From the NCBI RefSeq assembly GCF_006345805.1, contig NC_042998.1, positions 113,646,001-113,710,000 of the forward strand: a stretch of 64,000 nucleotides of DNA, given 5' to 3'. A program made the position numbers and the translations under genes. The stretch's first letter is position 1. Each line of letters begins with the position of its first letter. Under the pieces are notes generated by a model. It did no database searches. It was given only the letters and a program-made list of their open reading frames with translations, and had not been told where the DNA came from. Source of the DNA: Octopus sinensis. Its lineage: Eukaryota. This document shows, piece by piece, positions 1 through 13,964 of this stretch.

Positions 1-62
1 TTATAAACACATACTCACACACACACACACCAAATACACTTATATATATATACCACATATGA

Positions 63-114
<52 letters not shown>

Positions 115-137
115 ATATATATATATATCTATATATC

Positions 138-170
<33 letters not shown>

Positions 171-210
171 TATATATATATATATATATATCTATATCTA
201 TATCTATATA

Positions 211-391
211 ATGTAACCACTGTGAATCGTTGGTGATTATCTTCCCCCGTCTTCCTATTGGACTTTCTCTGTTTCTGAAGAAGAGCTCTGCTCGAATTGT
301 TAAACCATCTTTCTTTCCTTCCTGAGCGTCTGCTAATACTTTACATGTACCACATTCTCGCGTTGTTGTTTGTTCTTCGTTTTGTTGGATT

Positions 392-395
<4 letters not shown>
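211..395 (+). mobile_element. Penelope-type terminal repeat (pLTR) fragment with degenerate hammerhead motif (271-305)
   Basis: GTTT-CTGAAGA-A-GAGC-tct-GCTC-GAA(tt)GTT-AAAC: stem I GTTT/AAAC and stem II GAGC/GCTC pair, GAAAC is mutated. T-rich 3' tail ends in (TA)n. Related to 29085-29280 and 41565-41650. Confidence 0.6.
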
Positions 396-474
<79 letters not shown>

Positions 475-626
475 ATGTATGTTATATATATATGTATGCA
501 TATATATATATGTATATATATATGCATATATATATATATATGTGCGTTTATATAAGTATATATATATGTATATATATATACTTACACACACACACACATA
601 TATATATATTTATGTATTTATATATC

Positions 627-766
627 ATGTAATGTAGACTACAAAAATACGAGCTACTGATAGTTTCATGTATTGGAGATTCAAATTTAGGCAGGATTTT
701 ATAACACAGCGTGTGTCTCTGAGCAAAATTGCAAGTTGTGTTAGAAACCTGCCTAATCTTGCGTCT

Positions 767-770
<4 letters not shown>
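627..770 (-). mobile_element. Penelope-type pLTR fragment: long hairpin followed by GAAAC..GTA (hammerhead 3' half)
   Basis: Imperfect hairpin GGAGA..TTAGGCAGG / CCTGCCTAA..TCTCC (676-768). Minus strand continues GAAACTATCAGTA. Bounded by (TA)n arrays. Confidence 0.45.
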
Positions 771-809
<39 letters not shown>

Positions 810-816
810 CACACAT

Positions 817-2400
817 TTTGTGGAAACTTTTAAATTTATACTTCAGAACAATTATTTCTTATTTGGTGATATCTACTATCGCCAAAAAATCCGGAATTGC
901 GATGGGAACGAAAGCAGCCTCTGTTCTTGCGAACCTAACAATGGAATATTTTGAATTTACCATATATGAAGCATCACTGCAAAAATATGGATATCCATTT
1001 CACCATTGTATAAGAGAGAACTGGAAAACATACTTGGATCACTGCTTTATCATTTGGACGGAGATCAATGATAAACTTTTGGAATATAAATAAATAACAA
1101 ATAATATAAACCCTAATGCTCAATTTACACTGGAATATAGATAAAAAAAGTCATCAACCAAATTATGACTGACATTTATCATAAACCAACGAAATCGAAG
1201 TAATATCTCCTGTTTAGCTTATGCCACCCGAAACATTTTAAAAGAAATATCCCCTTTTCATTTAGCAAAAAGGATTTGCAGAATAGTGTCTAATAGAAAT
1301 ACTCGGGGCCTTCGTCTTCAAGGCCTCAGAACAACACTAACTGAAAGACAATATCTACCCTCACTTATAGACGATGGAATTGAGCGTGCTAAGAAATTAG
1401 ACATTAAAACCTCATCTCAAATACTCATCTCAAACACCTCATCTCAAAACACTACTGTATATATCAATTCACAACCCTAGGAACATTGAGGCATACAACA
1501 TTATTGTACAAAATCTATCAATGCTCACTAGAGATCCAAAAATGAACAACATTCCGAAAACATATAGAGTCATCAAATGCAAAAAGCAACACAAATCGCC
1601 GAAAAGACTTCTAACAAATGCAAATCCTTACACAACAACTACGAAACCAACGGTTAAAATTGTGGACTCCCGAACTGTGGAACATGCTCCAACCTACTAG
1701 AAGGCTCGGAATTCCTGTTTAAACAAAGAAAAAGGTTCACAATTAAAACCAACTTCATTTGTGCTTCCGAGAATCTAATTTATGTTATAACTTGCTCAGG
1801 TTGTGGACATAACTATATTGGACAGACAAGTATGACACATAGACGGAGAACCACACTACATAAGGAGCTGATTCGGTTCCCACACTACAGCCAGATTATT
1901 TTGAGTGAACACATAGAGAGATGTGCGGGTAAAATCCAACCAAACTTCACAGTTTCCTCATCTACCAGTGCAATGAAATTTTCTGTATTTAAACGTTCTT
2001 GTATAGAAAAAATCAGAACACGTATAAATACAAGCGCATAACTAACTTTGATCTCTGTATATATTTTAGTTTATGCTCACATACCCATTACTGTACATAT
2101 TTCATCTCACTATTATAGCTTTAAAGTTTTTCTATATATGTATTTATTACCACCCCTGTCCCAAATAATAACCATCACCGATTATCCCCCTTTAGATTTT
2201 TCTACTTGTTGAATCATTCATCTACAAACCACTCCACACACAACATGCACTAAAATCTTCTGAAGAAAATACGAAATTACAATAATTTCAATGTGATGAT
2301 TAGCGAAAGTGAAACCGGTCGACAATCACAATATAAATTATATTAAAAAGTATATTAAAACGATGTAAAGTGTGTGAATTTTCCTTATTTTATTTTATTT
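817..2400 (+). mobile_element. Decayed Penelope-like retroelement (RT + Cys linker + GIY-YIG endonuclease), Neptune-like, 5'-truncated
   Basis: RT motifs GIAMGTKAASVLANLTMEYFE and WKTYLDHCFIIW (degenerate YxDD). Thumb region DIYHKPT..CHPKHFKRNIP. Cys linker CGLPNCGTC (~1661-1688). NLIYVITCSGCGHNYIGQT (~1772-1828) is the GIY-YIG motif. Multiple stops and frameshifts. 3' region has GAAACCGGTC (2311-2320). Confidence 0.92.
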
Positions 2401-2812
2401 ATATAATGTTTCATTACAATGTATGTATGTGTGTGTGTGTGTGATTTTCCGTTTATATTAACGCTTGTCAGTGGCTCTCACTCGCGCTTTGGGTTAAACT
2501 CAACTCGCCTTCTCAGCTTATCAGTTCACCGTAGAAATCATACGCTGATTTCATAAACGGTAAAGGTGTAAGTTATAAGTAATAAGGGTGGTATGTTAGC
2601 AATTTTTAACCAGTGCGTTGTTGTGGCTATCAGTAAATAAGACGGTGTGTTACTGGGGCTATGTTTTGTTTCGACTCTTATTTCTAGCAATACTGTTGCT
2701 GAATACCACCCTCAATCGATTTAGTGAAGTATATATTTTTGCCTTTTGATTGAAAAACTGATAAGAAGCCACCCTGTCTCTCTCTCTATTTCTCTCCCTC
2801 TCTCCTCTCTCT

Positions 2813-2918
2813 ATTGCCTGAGGAAAAACAACTAGATCTTTTAATGCAGGGAAACGATTAGGTCGCCAAATTCCTGCTAGCCTGGAGAACTATGTTGCTT
2901 AGAAACAATTGTAGTGAT
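2813..2918 (+). ncRNA. Type I hammerhead ribozyme motif with ~75-nt stem II insert
   Basis: CTGAGGA at 2818-2824; GAAACAATTGTA at 2902-2913 with palindromic stem III ACAATTGT and a GUA site. Stem I ATTGC/GTGAT pairs with wobbles. Internal GCAGG/CCTGC pairing. Confidence 0.55.
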
Positions 2919-2972
2919 TGCAAATAAATGTCCAGCCGTACACACTCTTGTTGACTCCAACTTTTTAATTAT

Positions 2973-3385
2973 ATTCTCTTTCTCTTCTCTTTACTTGTTT
3001 CAGTCATTTGACTGCGGCCATGCTGGAGCACCCCCTTTAGTCGAGCAGATCGACCTCGGGACTTATTCTTTGTAAGCCTAGTACTTATTCTATCGGTCTG
3101 TTTTGCCGAACCGCTAAGTGACGGGGACATAAACACACCAGCATCGGTTGTCAAGCAATGCTAGGGGGACAAACACAGACACACAAACATATACACACAC
3201 ATACATATATATATATATACATATATACACGGGCTTCTTTCAGTTTCCGTCTACCAAATCCACTCACAAGGCATTGGTCGGCCCGGGGCTATAGCAAAAG
3301 ACACTTGCCCAAGATGCCACGCAGTGGGACTGAACCCGGAACCATGTGGTTGGTAATCAAGCTACTTACCATACAGCCACTCCTG
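2973..3385 (-). mobile_element. tRNA-derived SINE, family A (Octopus-type, internal microsatellite)
   Basis: Minus-strand head AGTGGCTGTATGGTAAG..GGTTCAGTCCC has A/B-box-like motifs. Highly similar to 8586-8991, 36714-37190 and 37810-38217. Confidence 0.9.
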
Positions 3386-3739
3386 GTGTGTGTGTGTGTG
3401 TGTTTGTATTTGATCCCCACAACCATCGTTGGTTTGTTTACTTTCGCATAATTTAACGGCTCGGCAGAAGTGACGGATAATGTTAGTACCAGACTTAAAA
3501 AATAAGTATCAGGTTCAGTTCCCTTGACTAAAATCCTCTGAGGCTGTGCTCCACTACGACCGCAGCCGGATGATTGAAAGAAGTAAACAATACTACATAT
3601 ATAAATATAGATGATTCAGTGAGGGAAGCTTCTGTGTGGCATAGGGATCTGCTAGAAATAATAGCCAAATTACCCCTAAATCACACTTAAACACTCTCCC
3701 GCTCTTTGTGATTGTATATATATATATATATATGTACAT

Positions 3740-3770
<31 letters not shown>

Positions 3771-3771
3771 C

Positions 3772-3878
3772 ATAAACAACTTATAAGTTGTTTATAAATT
3801 TAACCTTTAAAAGTATTTTTTAATATGCTGGCCATTGATAAATTTTTTTTTTCGAAAAAATTTTATCCTATATTAGAT
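3772..3878 (+). mobile_element. Short 3' end of the pLTR family at 48683-49155, starting with a perfect 24-bp palindrome
   Basis: ATAAACAACTTATAAGTTGTTTAT (3772-3795) is self-complementary. The remainder matches 49060-49155. Confidence 0.8.
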
Positions 3879-3890
3879 TATATATATATA

Positions 3891-4265
3891 CTAGCAGTAT
3901 CGCCCGGCGTTGCTCGGGTTTGTAAGGGAAATAACTATAAAGCATTTTTAGAGAGTTATAGCCAAAAAATGGAAAAAAAATTATGGTAAATTTTTTTGAG
4001 AGTTAAAAAAGGTCGAGTTGCGTCCCCTAGACAGTCTGTGGTTTGTGTTTCTGATTCTCGACCCCACGTCGAATTTATCGATTTTTTTCAGAACTGGGGG
4101 AACTTTTCAAAGTTTTCGCTGCGTTAGTTTTGAATTATGACATTGGGCTATGTGTGTGTCAAGTTTCATCAGAACCGGTTGAAAGCCGTGGTCAGGGTGA
4201 GGGTACAACCTAACAGACACACAGACACACAGACACACAGACAGACAAACTACCGTTTATATATA
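3891..4265 (-). mobile_element. Non-autonomous Helitron
   Basis: Minus-strand 3' end CTAG (3891-3894), preceded by the hairpin CCCG-agcaacgc-CGGG (3903-3918). (ACAG/ACAC)n near the other end. Inserted in (TA)n. Confidence 0.75.
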
Positions 4266-4267
4266 AC

Positions 4268-4322
<55 letters not shown>

Positions 4323-4334
4323 TAATATATAATA

Positions 4335-4754
4335 TATTCAGTTGAATTAGGTACTTAATTGAAGCACCTTGTTAGGTCGGAGTAACATGCACACCCAAAT
4401 AATATTAAGTGAATACCAAACTTGGTTCAGAAAAGCCACCACCCGATATTCTTGCAGTGTATGCAGATAATACGACCCAGCTTCGTGAAGAGATCCGCTC
4501 TTGGCTATTCAGACATTTACTTCATATTAAAATACTTTCTATGACATTTCCGAAGCGCAGATTCCAGGATAGGTGACTAAAGTATAAATGCGAAACAAAG
4601 AGGTAGATGTGTCAATTGATTACGGCCGTTTCAAGCTACTCCTTTAATTGATTAATGAAAACATGATGTAATGTTTTCATTAATCAATTAAAGGACTCAT
4701 TTGAAACGGCCCTAATGAATTGATACCTGTACCTGTTTGTTACGCATTTATACT
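4335..4754 (-). mobile_element. Penelope-type pLTR with 5' inverted duplication (hairpin 4581-4754)
   Basis: Arms 4581-4664 and 4671-4754 are imperfect reverse complements. The left arm carries GAAACGGCCGTA on the minus strand. Related to 43150-43230. Confidence 0.75.
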
Positions 4755-5001
4755 ATATGTGTGTGTGTGTGTGTGTGTGTATTACAATGCTATGTTTCTG
4801 AGAAGAAGAATTTTTATATTATGTACTTGCCGGAGTGGTGTCAGCCTTCTTTCAGTATCGAACGATTCATCTTACTGCTTAGCCTGGGAATGACAAGACA
4901 TCTGGAACCTACACAACTGTGTGGATCCTACACAACTGAAACGTAGTGGAAGCAGCAACCAAGATAAGGACACCATTCTGATTAATACATAACCTGTGTG
5001 C

Positions 5002-5034
<33 letters not shown>

Positions 5035-5127
5035 AAGAGAACACAAATAGTGATTGAAATTTACGACACCTGTTTCGGCAGTGTTACATAATATATATAT
5101 ATATATATATATATTATAATATATATA

Positions 5128-5179
<52 letters not shown>

Positions 5180-5778
5180 TATATATATAAACACACACAC
5201 ACATATATATATACATATGCTTGTATGTATATTTGTTTGTGTATAAATATTATAATACTTTACCAACATAAAACACGCGACCAGTTTATATGTATATCCT
5301 AAATGTGACATCATATCTGGGAGTGGTTGTTATTTTTCAAGTGAAGGCTGTTGTGCACTGAATGACGTCAGTTATTATGTAAGTATTTGTTTGTGTCTAG
5401 TGATTTTCGCCCTTCTTGTTCACTCACCTATATTTCGTGCCATTGATGTCGGTATTTGTAAATAGGTTCTCATATCGCATCTTAACCAACCAATTTACTG
5501 AAATTTACTCTGTACTACACACCCAACGTCGTATGTATCATATAGACGCGCGAAAACATGTGTAAATAAATTGGTATAAACATTGCTTTCTGTGTGTGGT
5601 GTGTTGGTGTGTGTGTTCGCGCACAGTCTATATATTAATACATACACACACATATATATACTAAAAATATATATATATGTGTGTGTATATATGTATGTAT
5701 CTCTCTCTCTCACTCTCTATCTATATCATATATATATATGTGTGTGTGTGTGTGAGAGAGTTTATATATATGCATGCC

Positions 5779-5816
<38 letters not shown>

Positions 5817-6114
5817 TGTATGTATGTCATTCGCTGACGAACTAATGTTGATTGCTTTCCTCTCCCACTCTCTTCTTTGCTCTTGATTTTCCTTTCCACT
5901 TACTCCCACCACCTCTTTTCTCCCTCTCCTCTCTCTCCCTCTCTCCTCTCTCTCCACTTCTATCTCCGAAAGCATTACAGTCATTAACTTTACCGTATAT
6001 TATCCACTAATTATACTCATTACCGACTTTCCAGCCATACATTCTTTGCGGAGCCGTAACACTCCTTTAGCGTTCTTTGATCTGAAGCTAGAATAGACAA
6101 AAAGAAACATCAAC

Positions 6115-6384
6115 TAAGCACCACCACCAGCAGCTTCAGCAACAGCAGCTGTATCAACAGCATCGACAGCATCAGGAGTAAGAATAGTAGTAGCAGCAGT
6201 TGTAGCAGCAGCAGTAGTAGCAGCAGCAGTAATAGCAGCAATGATAACAACAATAACAACAACAACAAAAAAAAGCATTGCAGAAATAAACAATGGCTTT
6301 ATCAATCAACTACAACTGTATAGTAACAATAATAACAGCAAGAATAATAAGGAAAAGATAATAACTATAACAACAACAATATTT

Positions 6385-6444
<60 letters not shown>

Positions 6445-6560
6445 TAAAAGGAAGAAAGATGTAACCAATTGCAAAGACGAAACATGAAAAGCAAAAGTAA
6501 TCGAGAATGAAACAATAACACAACTTCATCAACAATAACATTAATAACCACACACTAATA
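6115..6560. repeat. Compound trinucleotide microsatellite (GCA/GTA/CAA/TAA)
   Basis: Direct inspection; pure (TAA)n at 6387-6441. Confidence 0.9.
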
Positions 6561-8585
6561 ACTGAACGATAATAACTAAAGACAAAAATAGATGAATCAA
6601 AGCTTAAGTATGGCTACAGCGTAAACGCCGTGCTATTTTGTAAGGAATGTGTGGACAAACAGAGCCGCCAGTAAATTCTGTGCGAAAGAGATTCAACATT
6701 TCTCTTCCTTTTTGCATATTTTTATTTTTAAGTAGGCTTGGTTTCTGGTCGAAATTAACGGACGTTATTTTCTTCGATGTGTTCAGACATTTACAAACCA
6801 ATCGATGCAGTTTATAATGCATTTAGATTGCATCCGCATTTAACTCTTCTTTTCAAATCAAAGACAGTAAGTGCAATAAGTGCGCATTGATAAATTCAAC
6901 TCTCTAAACGTAAAATCGATCGATAGAACTGGCATGTTTGTAACATGCAATTTTGGTTGAGAGATAATCAAACGTAATAGCAAAATGGTTAAAAAAACAT
7001 TTAAATATGTGCTGCACAAAATTATATCAATTTAAAGCCATATTGGTGAGAACAGAACAGAACCAGATATAAATTAAGGAAGTTCGTAAATATTTATCCA
7101 ACTTGCTATCTAACGTATCTAGCTAATCAACTGGTTATTAGTTATGAAATTTGAAATTTCCTGGAGAAGAGGAATGGGGAGTTGTGACATTCTTGCTTTT
7201 CTCAAGGGCATTCGAAGTGAATAGAATTAGCTGTGGGAATGGAAACGAATGACGTGATAGGAAAACTCAGGGAATTTATTTCTAATCTCAGGAAAACTAG
7301 CTACATCGTGTTGAATGAGAGGTTGAAGCATAAACTTCAAGTTTTCATTTAGAGATTGAAATTATTGAGTTCTTCATTGCAAATAAGACAACGAATGCTA
7401 TAGAGGAGGAGTAGAGAAGTAAAAATGTTATTATTTAGAAATAGATCAATAATGGTTCCATTTGTGATTATCACATGTTTATTAGCTTATCAATGGCTAC
7501 ACTGTTCAAAGTGCCCTTTATTTAGATCGTAGGGTGTGATTCAAAGCAGATTTGGTCGTCGTCATCTTTAGCATAATAAATGAAACAAATATTAAATATT
7601 TAAATTCTTCAAACTATTTTAGTAAAATTATGCCAACTATAAACATTCTACGTTAAGGAAAGGACAATCTTATCTCTCTCAACAGCACGATTATTGTTCT
7701 TATCAAAGAAACTTCGCGCTGTCTAATTTTGGACAGCATACGAATAAAATCCTCAAATACTAAGCATCTGCTTCAGACGTTGCTCAGTTCTTGACCCACT
7801 GCAATTATACCCACCCACCAATAATGCTCTACCTCATTTAGAATGGTGCTACTGTTGCACATACAAACATCTTATATTTATCCAAAACAAAGCCATTCGA
7901 CTGCTTTGTCAAAGACCCACTCACCTTCACTGCACGCTCACAGGCTCACAACTATACTGTTTATTCACTGCTTATTGTATCGCTATAATAAGGGTCTCTG
8001 ATTTGTTGAACTGGCTGGGTTAGTACAGCTCTTCCCTAACACCGGTATATCCGTCTCTCATCCTCTTGGACCAAGGACCAATACAAACCTTTCTTCTTAG
8101 ATTTCTCTCAGCTCACATTTTCCCTACCGGATGTCAAATTATAAATGCCCAATCTGAGCATAACTCTATCAGTCAGATCTTTCTGGTAGGGTCATGGAGT
8201 GCCACGGATTTCGTTCCTTTTGACTAAAACCATAAAAAACCCCAGATTGTTATTCCAGTATCGACACCAAGTGTATTCTATCATGCGATGTCGCTCGCTG
8301 GTTGCATTTGAATCAGATTTAAATATTGTAATGTTTAACTGATCCAGTGATTGAATCCATACCACACACGTTGTACTTGGTAGTTAATCAATGTTGCATT
8401 GTCAGACAAACATTATTTTATATATGATTATAGTGTGAGCAGATAGAGGTATATTGTCTCCTTTTGATACCAATCCGTCATGACGCACCCTGATTCTATG
8501 ATACAAACTTCCTCTTTTAAGATGACCTAAATTAAAACGTCTCATTAAAATTTCATGTTAATTTTTAAGTTCCAAAACCAGCTTT

Positions 8586-8991
8586 ATTTACTCTTACTCT
8601 TTTCAGTCATTTGACTGTGGCCATGCTGGATCACCGCCTTTAGTCGAGCAAATCGACCCCAGGACTTATTCTTTGTAAGCCTAGTACCTAATACTATCGG
8701 TCTCTTTTTTGCCGAACCAATAAGTTACGGGGACGTAAACACACCAGCATCGGTTGTCAAGCGATGTTGGGGGACAAACACAGACATACAAACATATGCA
8801 CACACACACATATATATATACATATATACGACGGGCTTCTTTCAGTTTCCGTCTACCAAAACCACGCACAAGGCTTTGGTTGGCCCGAGGCTATAGTAGA
8901 AGACACTTGCCCAAGGTGCCACGCAGTAGGACTGCACGCGGAACCATGTGGTTGGTAAGCAAGCTACTTACCACACAACCACTCCTACGCC
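8586..8991 (-). mobile_element. SINE family A, full length, probably nested in an older repeat (~8459-9090)
   Basis: Near-identical to 2973-3385. Confidence 0.9.
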
Positions 8992-10480
8992 TATATTATG
9001 ATAAATCAATTTTACTACAAGCTTCACTATTTTCAAAACTGACTGACACAAAGGCAGTGTATTTCAACAGGAATGTGATCGGGTTGCGCTAGTTTATAAT
9101 TTTTCCGAAAGCTATAGCATGGGAAGCGAAATTATTTTATCAAGTTAAAGAAAACAGACTTGAAACACAAAACTTACTTCTAAATACTTATATGCTCTTA
9201 TAACGTATTGTCATATATATTTTATATTTATTTTTCCACATCACCATATTATATTACCATCTTACTATCATCCTTTGTATTATGTTACGGGAGAAAATAT
9301 ATCTTCTGCAAGCCAGCTCGTTTTTTGTGACATTAATACAGAAAAAAAGCATAACATACGACGATATCTAGTTTTCATCTCTTTTCATAAGAATCATAAG
9401 AGTAATATTTATGTATCACTTTTATATGTTTTTTAACTTTTAGCTTCAAGACTTCCTGAGATGTTAAGCTATAATACACATCTTTGCCCTATAATAATAC
9501 CATGAGATGACATTGAAAATAAGGAAAGCGGGGGATAATAAAATGCAGTTTAGATGATGTTTTTGACTACACACCAGAAACGTCTTTTAATTCACATGAG
9601 CGCGCACACAGACGCATATATGTGAATATATATGTATATGTATTTATATATATTATATGTGTGTGTATATGTATTTATATATATATATATGTGTGTGTGT
9701 GTATGTGTGTGTGTGTATGTGTGTGTGTGTGTATGTGTGTGTGCGTATATACATATATTTACATATGTATGTATGCGTGTACGCGCGTGTGCGTGTGTGT
9801 GTGTGTTATATATGTGTGCGCATGCGCGTGCATGTATGTATAAGGCGAATTGGTCGAGCCGTTAAAGTGCCAAAACTTACCTTGTAGTAATTATTCCTAT
9901 TTTCTACGCTCCGAGTTCTAATATCACCGACATCAACTTTGCTTTCATTTGAAAGTAGATAAATACGGTATCAGTTCAATACTGATGTCATTTCTTCTCT
10001 GTCTGTCTGTCTGTCTTTCTGTCTGTCTGTCTGTCTGTCTTTCTGTCTGTCTGTCTGTATGGAATCGGCCGCGTTCAAACCCGGAGAAAGCTGAGTTTAG
10101 CAAGATCTAATTATGCTTAAAACGGCTCTATATCAGATGACAGACCTACGACTTCATTATGAGTTGAGGGCTTCAAGCAAGGTAAAACTGTATGTATGCA
10201 TACATACATACATGAATGCATATGTGTGTGTGTGCGTGCCTCTGTGTGTGTATGATATGTATACACACACGTATATATGCTCACCCCACCGGTCACTCTG
10301 TTACCTACCTGTATGCGTATATGCATATGTATGTTACCTACCTGTATACTTACATATACATATATACATACATGCATACGTACATGCATGCATACATACA
10401 TGCATACATACATGCATGCATACATACATGCATACATACATACATGCATGCATACATACATACATACATACATACATACA

Positions 10481-10512
<32 letters not shown>

Positions 10513-10594
10513 CACACGTGTGTGTGCATATATTTAGTTAGCTTTAGCCACTACGGCCAAGATCATGCTGGAGTATTGCCACCAAACCTACCTT

Positions 10595-10687
<93 letters not shown>

Positions 10688-11224
10688 ACACATACGTATA
10701 AGTTTATATATTTTCTTGATTCGATTGGAAGATCAGCTGCTGCCCCCCCCACATGCACACACATACACGTTATTAAAAAAAAAAACTATGTCCCACTTTA
10801 ATCTTTTTCATTAGGTTTTCCCCGTATTTCCATACAAGATCCAAACAGTTTGGAACAATAAAGTTCTCAAATTCATTTTAATCAGCCTCGATCATCGAAC
10901 TTCTAATAGGCTCACTTGGAGAAGAAAACAACTATTTCTATAAGTAAATTAACAAATTACCCATAAAGTTGAAAATAGGCACATAATTGTCAATGTTAAA
11001 ATCTGTAAACATTGTTTGGGATGGTCTCAAACATCTCTTAATCTTAAAATTTTTTGATAACTTTAATCATAGTTTTAATTACTTCTACCCATGTTACCAT
11101 TTTAACGATCTTGTTAACATTGCGTGTTCTTGTTAACTTTGAACATTTTCGATAACCATACACATTCTTGTAAATCTTCAACATTTTTAATGTATTCTCT
11201 CCAAGGTGCAACTAAATCTTGTAG

Positions 11225-11478
11225 TTTGGATATTGTAGTTTGGGACAGACAAGAAAAATACGTACAGTCATAGAGGTCAGCACTCCTGCTGATGTAGAAT
11301 ATCTCTTTGAAAATGAAGGAGAAAGAAGATAATAATTGGAGCATTTTGGTTTTGTAAGTCTAGATAAGCTTGGATTTTCCGGAAAAGAAATCAACCAACT
11401 GATTCGCACAATACAAATACAATCTGTAAGTGAAACAGTAAAACTATGCAAGGCTTTTCTCGGGTTTAAAATATGGCA
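11225..11478 (+). mobile_element. R4/Dong-type LINE 3' fragment (restriction-like endonuclease domain), internally deleted
   Basis: LDIVVWDRQEK..TVIEVSTPADV followed by LDKLGFSGKEINQLIRTIQIQSVSETVKLCKAFL. Homologous to 44250-44945. Confidence 0.75.
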
Positions 11479-11609
11479 TTGTTTTCGTTATCTACATTCC
11501 AAAGATGGATCTTTGTATCTTTGCTACAAACCAGCATTTTCTTTATAGGAAGAATTTAAGCGATTAAAAAATAGAAGAAACATAGATAGTTTCCTTCAAC
11601 AAAATCAAT

Positions 11610-11732
11610 TAACAAGGCTTTTGTCGGATAGGAGCTATAGTAAAAGGAACTTGTCTAAGTTGCTTTGCATTGAGACTGAACCCGGAATCAAGTGGTTCAG
11701 CGAAATTCTTACCACTCAGCCACTCCTGCGCC
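11610..11732 (-). mobile_element. Old SINE family A head fragment (other diverged pieces at 3410-3590, 20945-21040, 26520-26678, 30475-30620)
   Basis: Similarity to family A copies, e.g. CTTACCACTCAGCCACTCCTGCGCC. Confidence 0.7.
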
Positions 11733-11929
11733 ATGCTATTCTCAATTTTCACTTGTATCATATTTCATACTTTTTATATTAAACACTCTGTGTGTATGTG
11801 CTTGTTTGTGAGTGTGTGTGAGTGTGTGCGTGCAAGTGCGCGCATGTGTACATGTAAATGAGAACATTGGCCCGTATCTGTACGTATGTTAGACATTAAG
11901 CATATATGTATCTTTTTACTCCTATTCAT

Positions 11930-12146
11930 ATTGGTTTCAAATCTTGGCAGAAGGCCAGTATTATCGGGAGAAGGGGGAAGTGTCAAGTACATCAATCCCA
12001 GTGTACAACTGGTACTTATTTTGCTAGTACTGAAAGGATGAAAGGCAAAGTCAAGCACGGCGGAATTTGAACTCAGAACATGAAGACGGACGAAATGTTG
12101 CGAAGCATCTTGCCTGACGTGCTAACGATTCTGCCAGTTCGCCGCC
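11930..12146 (-). mobile_element. SINE family B (Meta-domain-like); older copies at 9843-9990, 17255-17355, 47195-47375, 59750-59910
   Basis: Reverse complement of GGCGGCGAACTGGCAGAATCGTTAGC..CTGAGTTCAAATTCCGCC..GCCTTTCATCCTTTC. Matches 23472-23672. Confidence 0.85.
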
Positions 12147-12850
12147 CAACTCCTATTCGTATTAGTGTGTTAGTGTACTGATGTGTGTGAATACGTCTGT
12201 TGATTTTCGCTGCAGTCATTGACCTGGCCACCAACTCATTTTTATGAAGTAAACTGTTCTTTATTTCCCTTTCAACCCCTTCATCTCTCTTCTCTGCGCA
12301 TTCTCTCGATTTCACGTTCTGTCCCTTTCACCACTATTTTTTTTCTCTTACCACTTCCATCTCACTTACGTACATCAGCTAACGTATTCGGGTGGTTTCT
12401 GCTCGAAGGACTTTGTCCGAAACACCGGAAACTCCTAACCTAATGACACGAATTTTAGATACATTAAGCATTACCAATGAATACGGTTTTTGTCGACTCC
12501 TATCACCATTTGTCTCCCTTGATTCTCTTTTTATTTTTCCCTTCCATCTCACTCTCTCCCTCTCTCTATATATATGTATACGTACGTACGTACATACATA
12601 CATCTATATATTTATATATATAAATATATATGTGTGAATAAAATAACATTTATATATATATATTTATATATATGTACGCTTATGTGTGTGTATCTGTGCT
12701 TGCGTGTATATGTATGCATGTATATACATATAAATGTGAGTATGTGTGCAATATAATGTTACATAAAAGTCTCATATACAACACTCGTGTAAAAGTTCAC
12801 AACAAAAATCATTGACAAAATATAATGCCGTGTTTTTTTTTCGTTCGCAG

Positions 12851-12985
12851 AGATGTAATAAAATTGCTGAGGAACTTGTTTTATTGTTTGAAAATATAGT
12901 GTTTAGAAGCAGAGCAGTGTTTAATGCCATGACCAGCCAAGTTAACGTTGGGCATTTCAGAGTAATGTAATGGAGTTAGCAGCAG
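12851..12985 (+). other. Candidate host exon (mostly non-coding; possible ATG at 12970)
   Basis: Acceptor TTTTTTTTTCGTTCGCAG| and donor CAG|GTATTT in non-repetitive sequence. Stops in all three frames before the ATG at 12970. Confidence 0.2.
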
Positions 12986-13964
12986 GTATTTTTTTCTATG
13001 AAAAGACATTAGGTTGCTAGCAATAAAATAAATTCACACACGCTCTCCAACTCACCATGTCTTCCTCTGTTTTTCTATTACATTATTATATACATATACA
13101 TATATTTACGCATATGTATGTATATATATGTTTTAGTGTTATACGCTGCGCATATAACATTAAATTGAGAGCTATAACTTTGAATTTGTTTTAATCTAAT
13201 TTGTGAATAACATCGTTTCTTTGTGATTCAGAGAATACAATTGAGTTAAACGAACAAAATCTAATTTATCAGATTGTTTTTAACTATCGATGAGAAGGTT
13301 GCCACTAAAATACTTATTTATATATTCTAAATACGAGCAAAGATAAATATGTTAGCCTAGAAAATTTTTACGAACGATACATATTTTCATTGTTGTAAAG
13401 TCGTTATGGATCTTATTTATTTTTTGGGGGGACTATATGTTGTTTCAAACTTAGTCACGTAACTAGAGTAAGGACACGAGAAATTGTGAAAAGAAAGTTC
13501 GAAGTGATGCCATTGATATCAGATACAAGCTTGAAGGTGTAGTTTAGAAATACACTTCGCAATAAGATAGTTCTGGGCAACAACTTCGCGAAGCCCAAAG
13601 CTTTGTGAACGAAAATGAATTAACGGAAATTTTGTAGACGACTGTTGAATGGATTGTAATGTGTTCTTGGGAAGTTGACATAATGTCATTCGGTTTAGCA
13701 TAACCGCCTGGCAAATAGGTGTTTTCCATTAAATTCTATTCTGTTGCAATATTCGAACCTAGTTTCTTGTTTAAGGATAATCTTTGGTTTCTAGGTTCCT
13801 TTTCCCATTCTCTTCTACCAGTCTCAAACGCCCTATAATGAGATGACGGATGATGCCTCCTCTTCATCTACCATCATCATAAAAAAGCATAAAACAAACA
13901 AAGCAAAGCAATAAATTTGATTCGACGCCCTCTCTTTTAATACTACATTCTTCTGTTGTTGATC

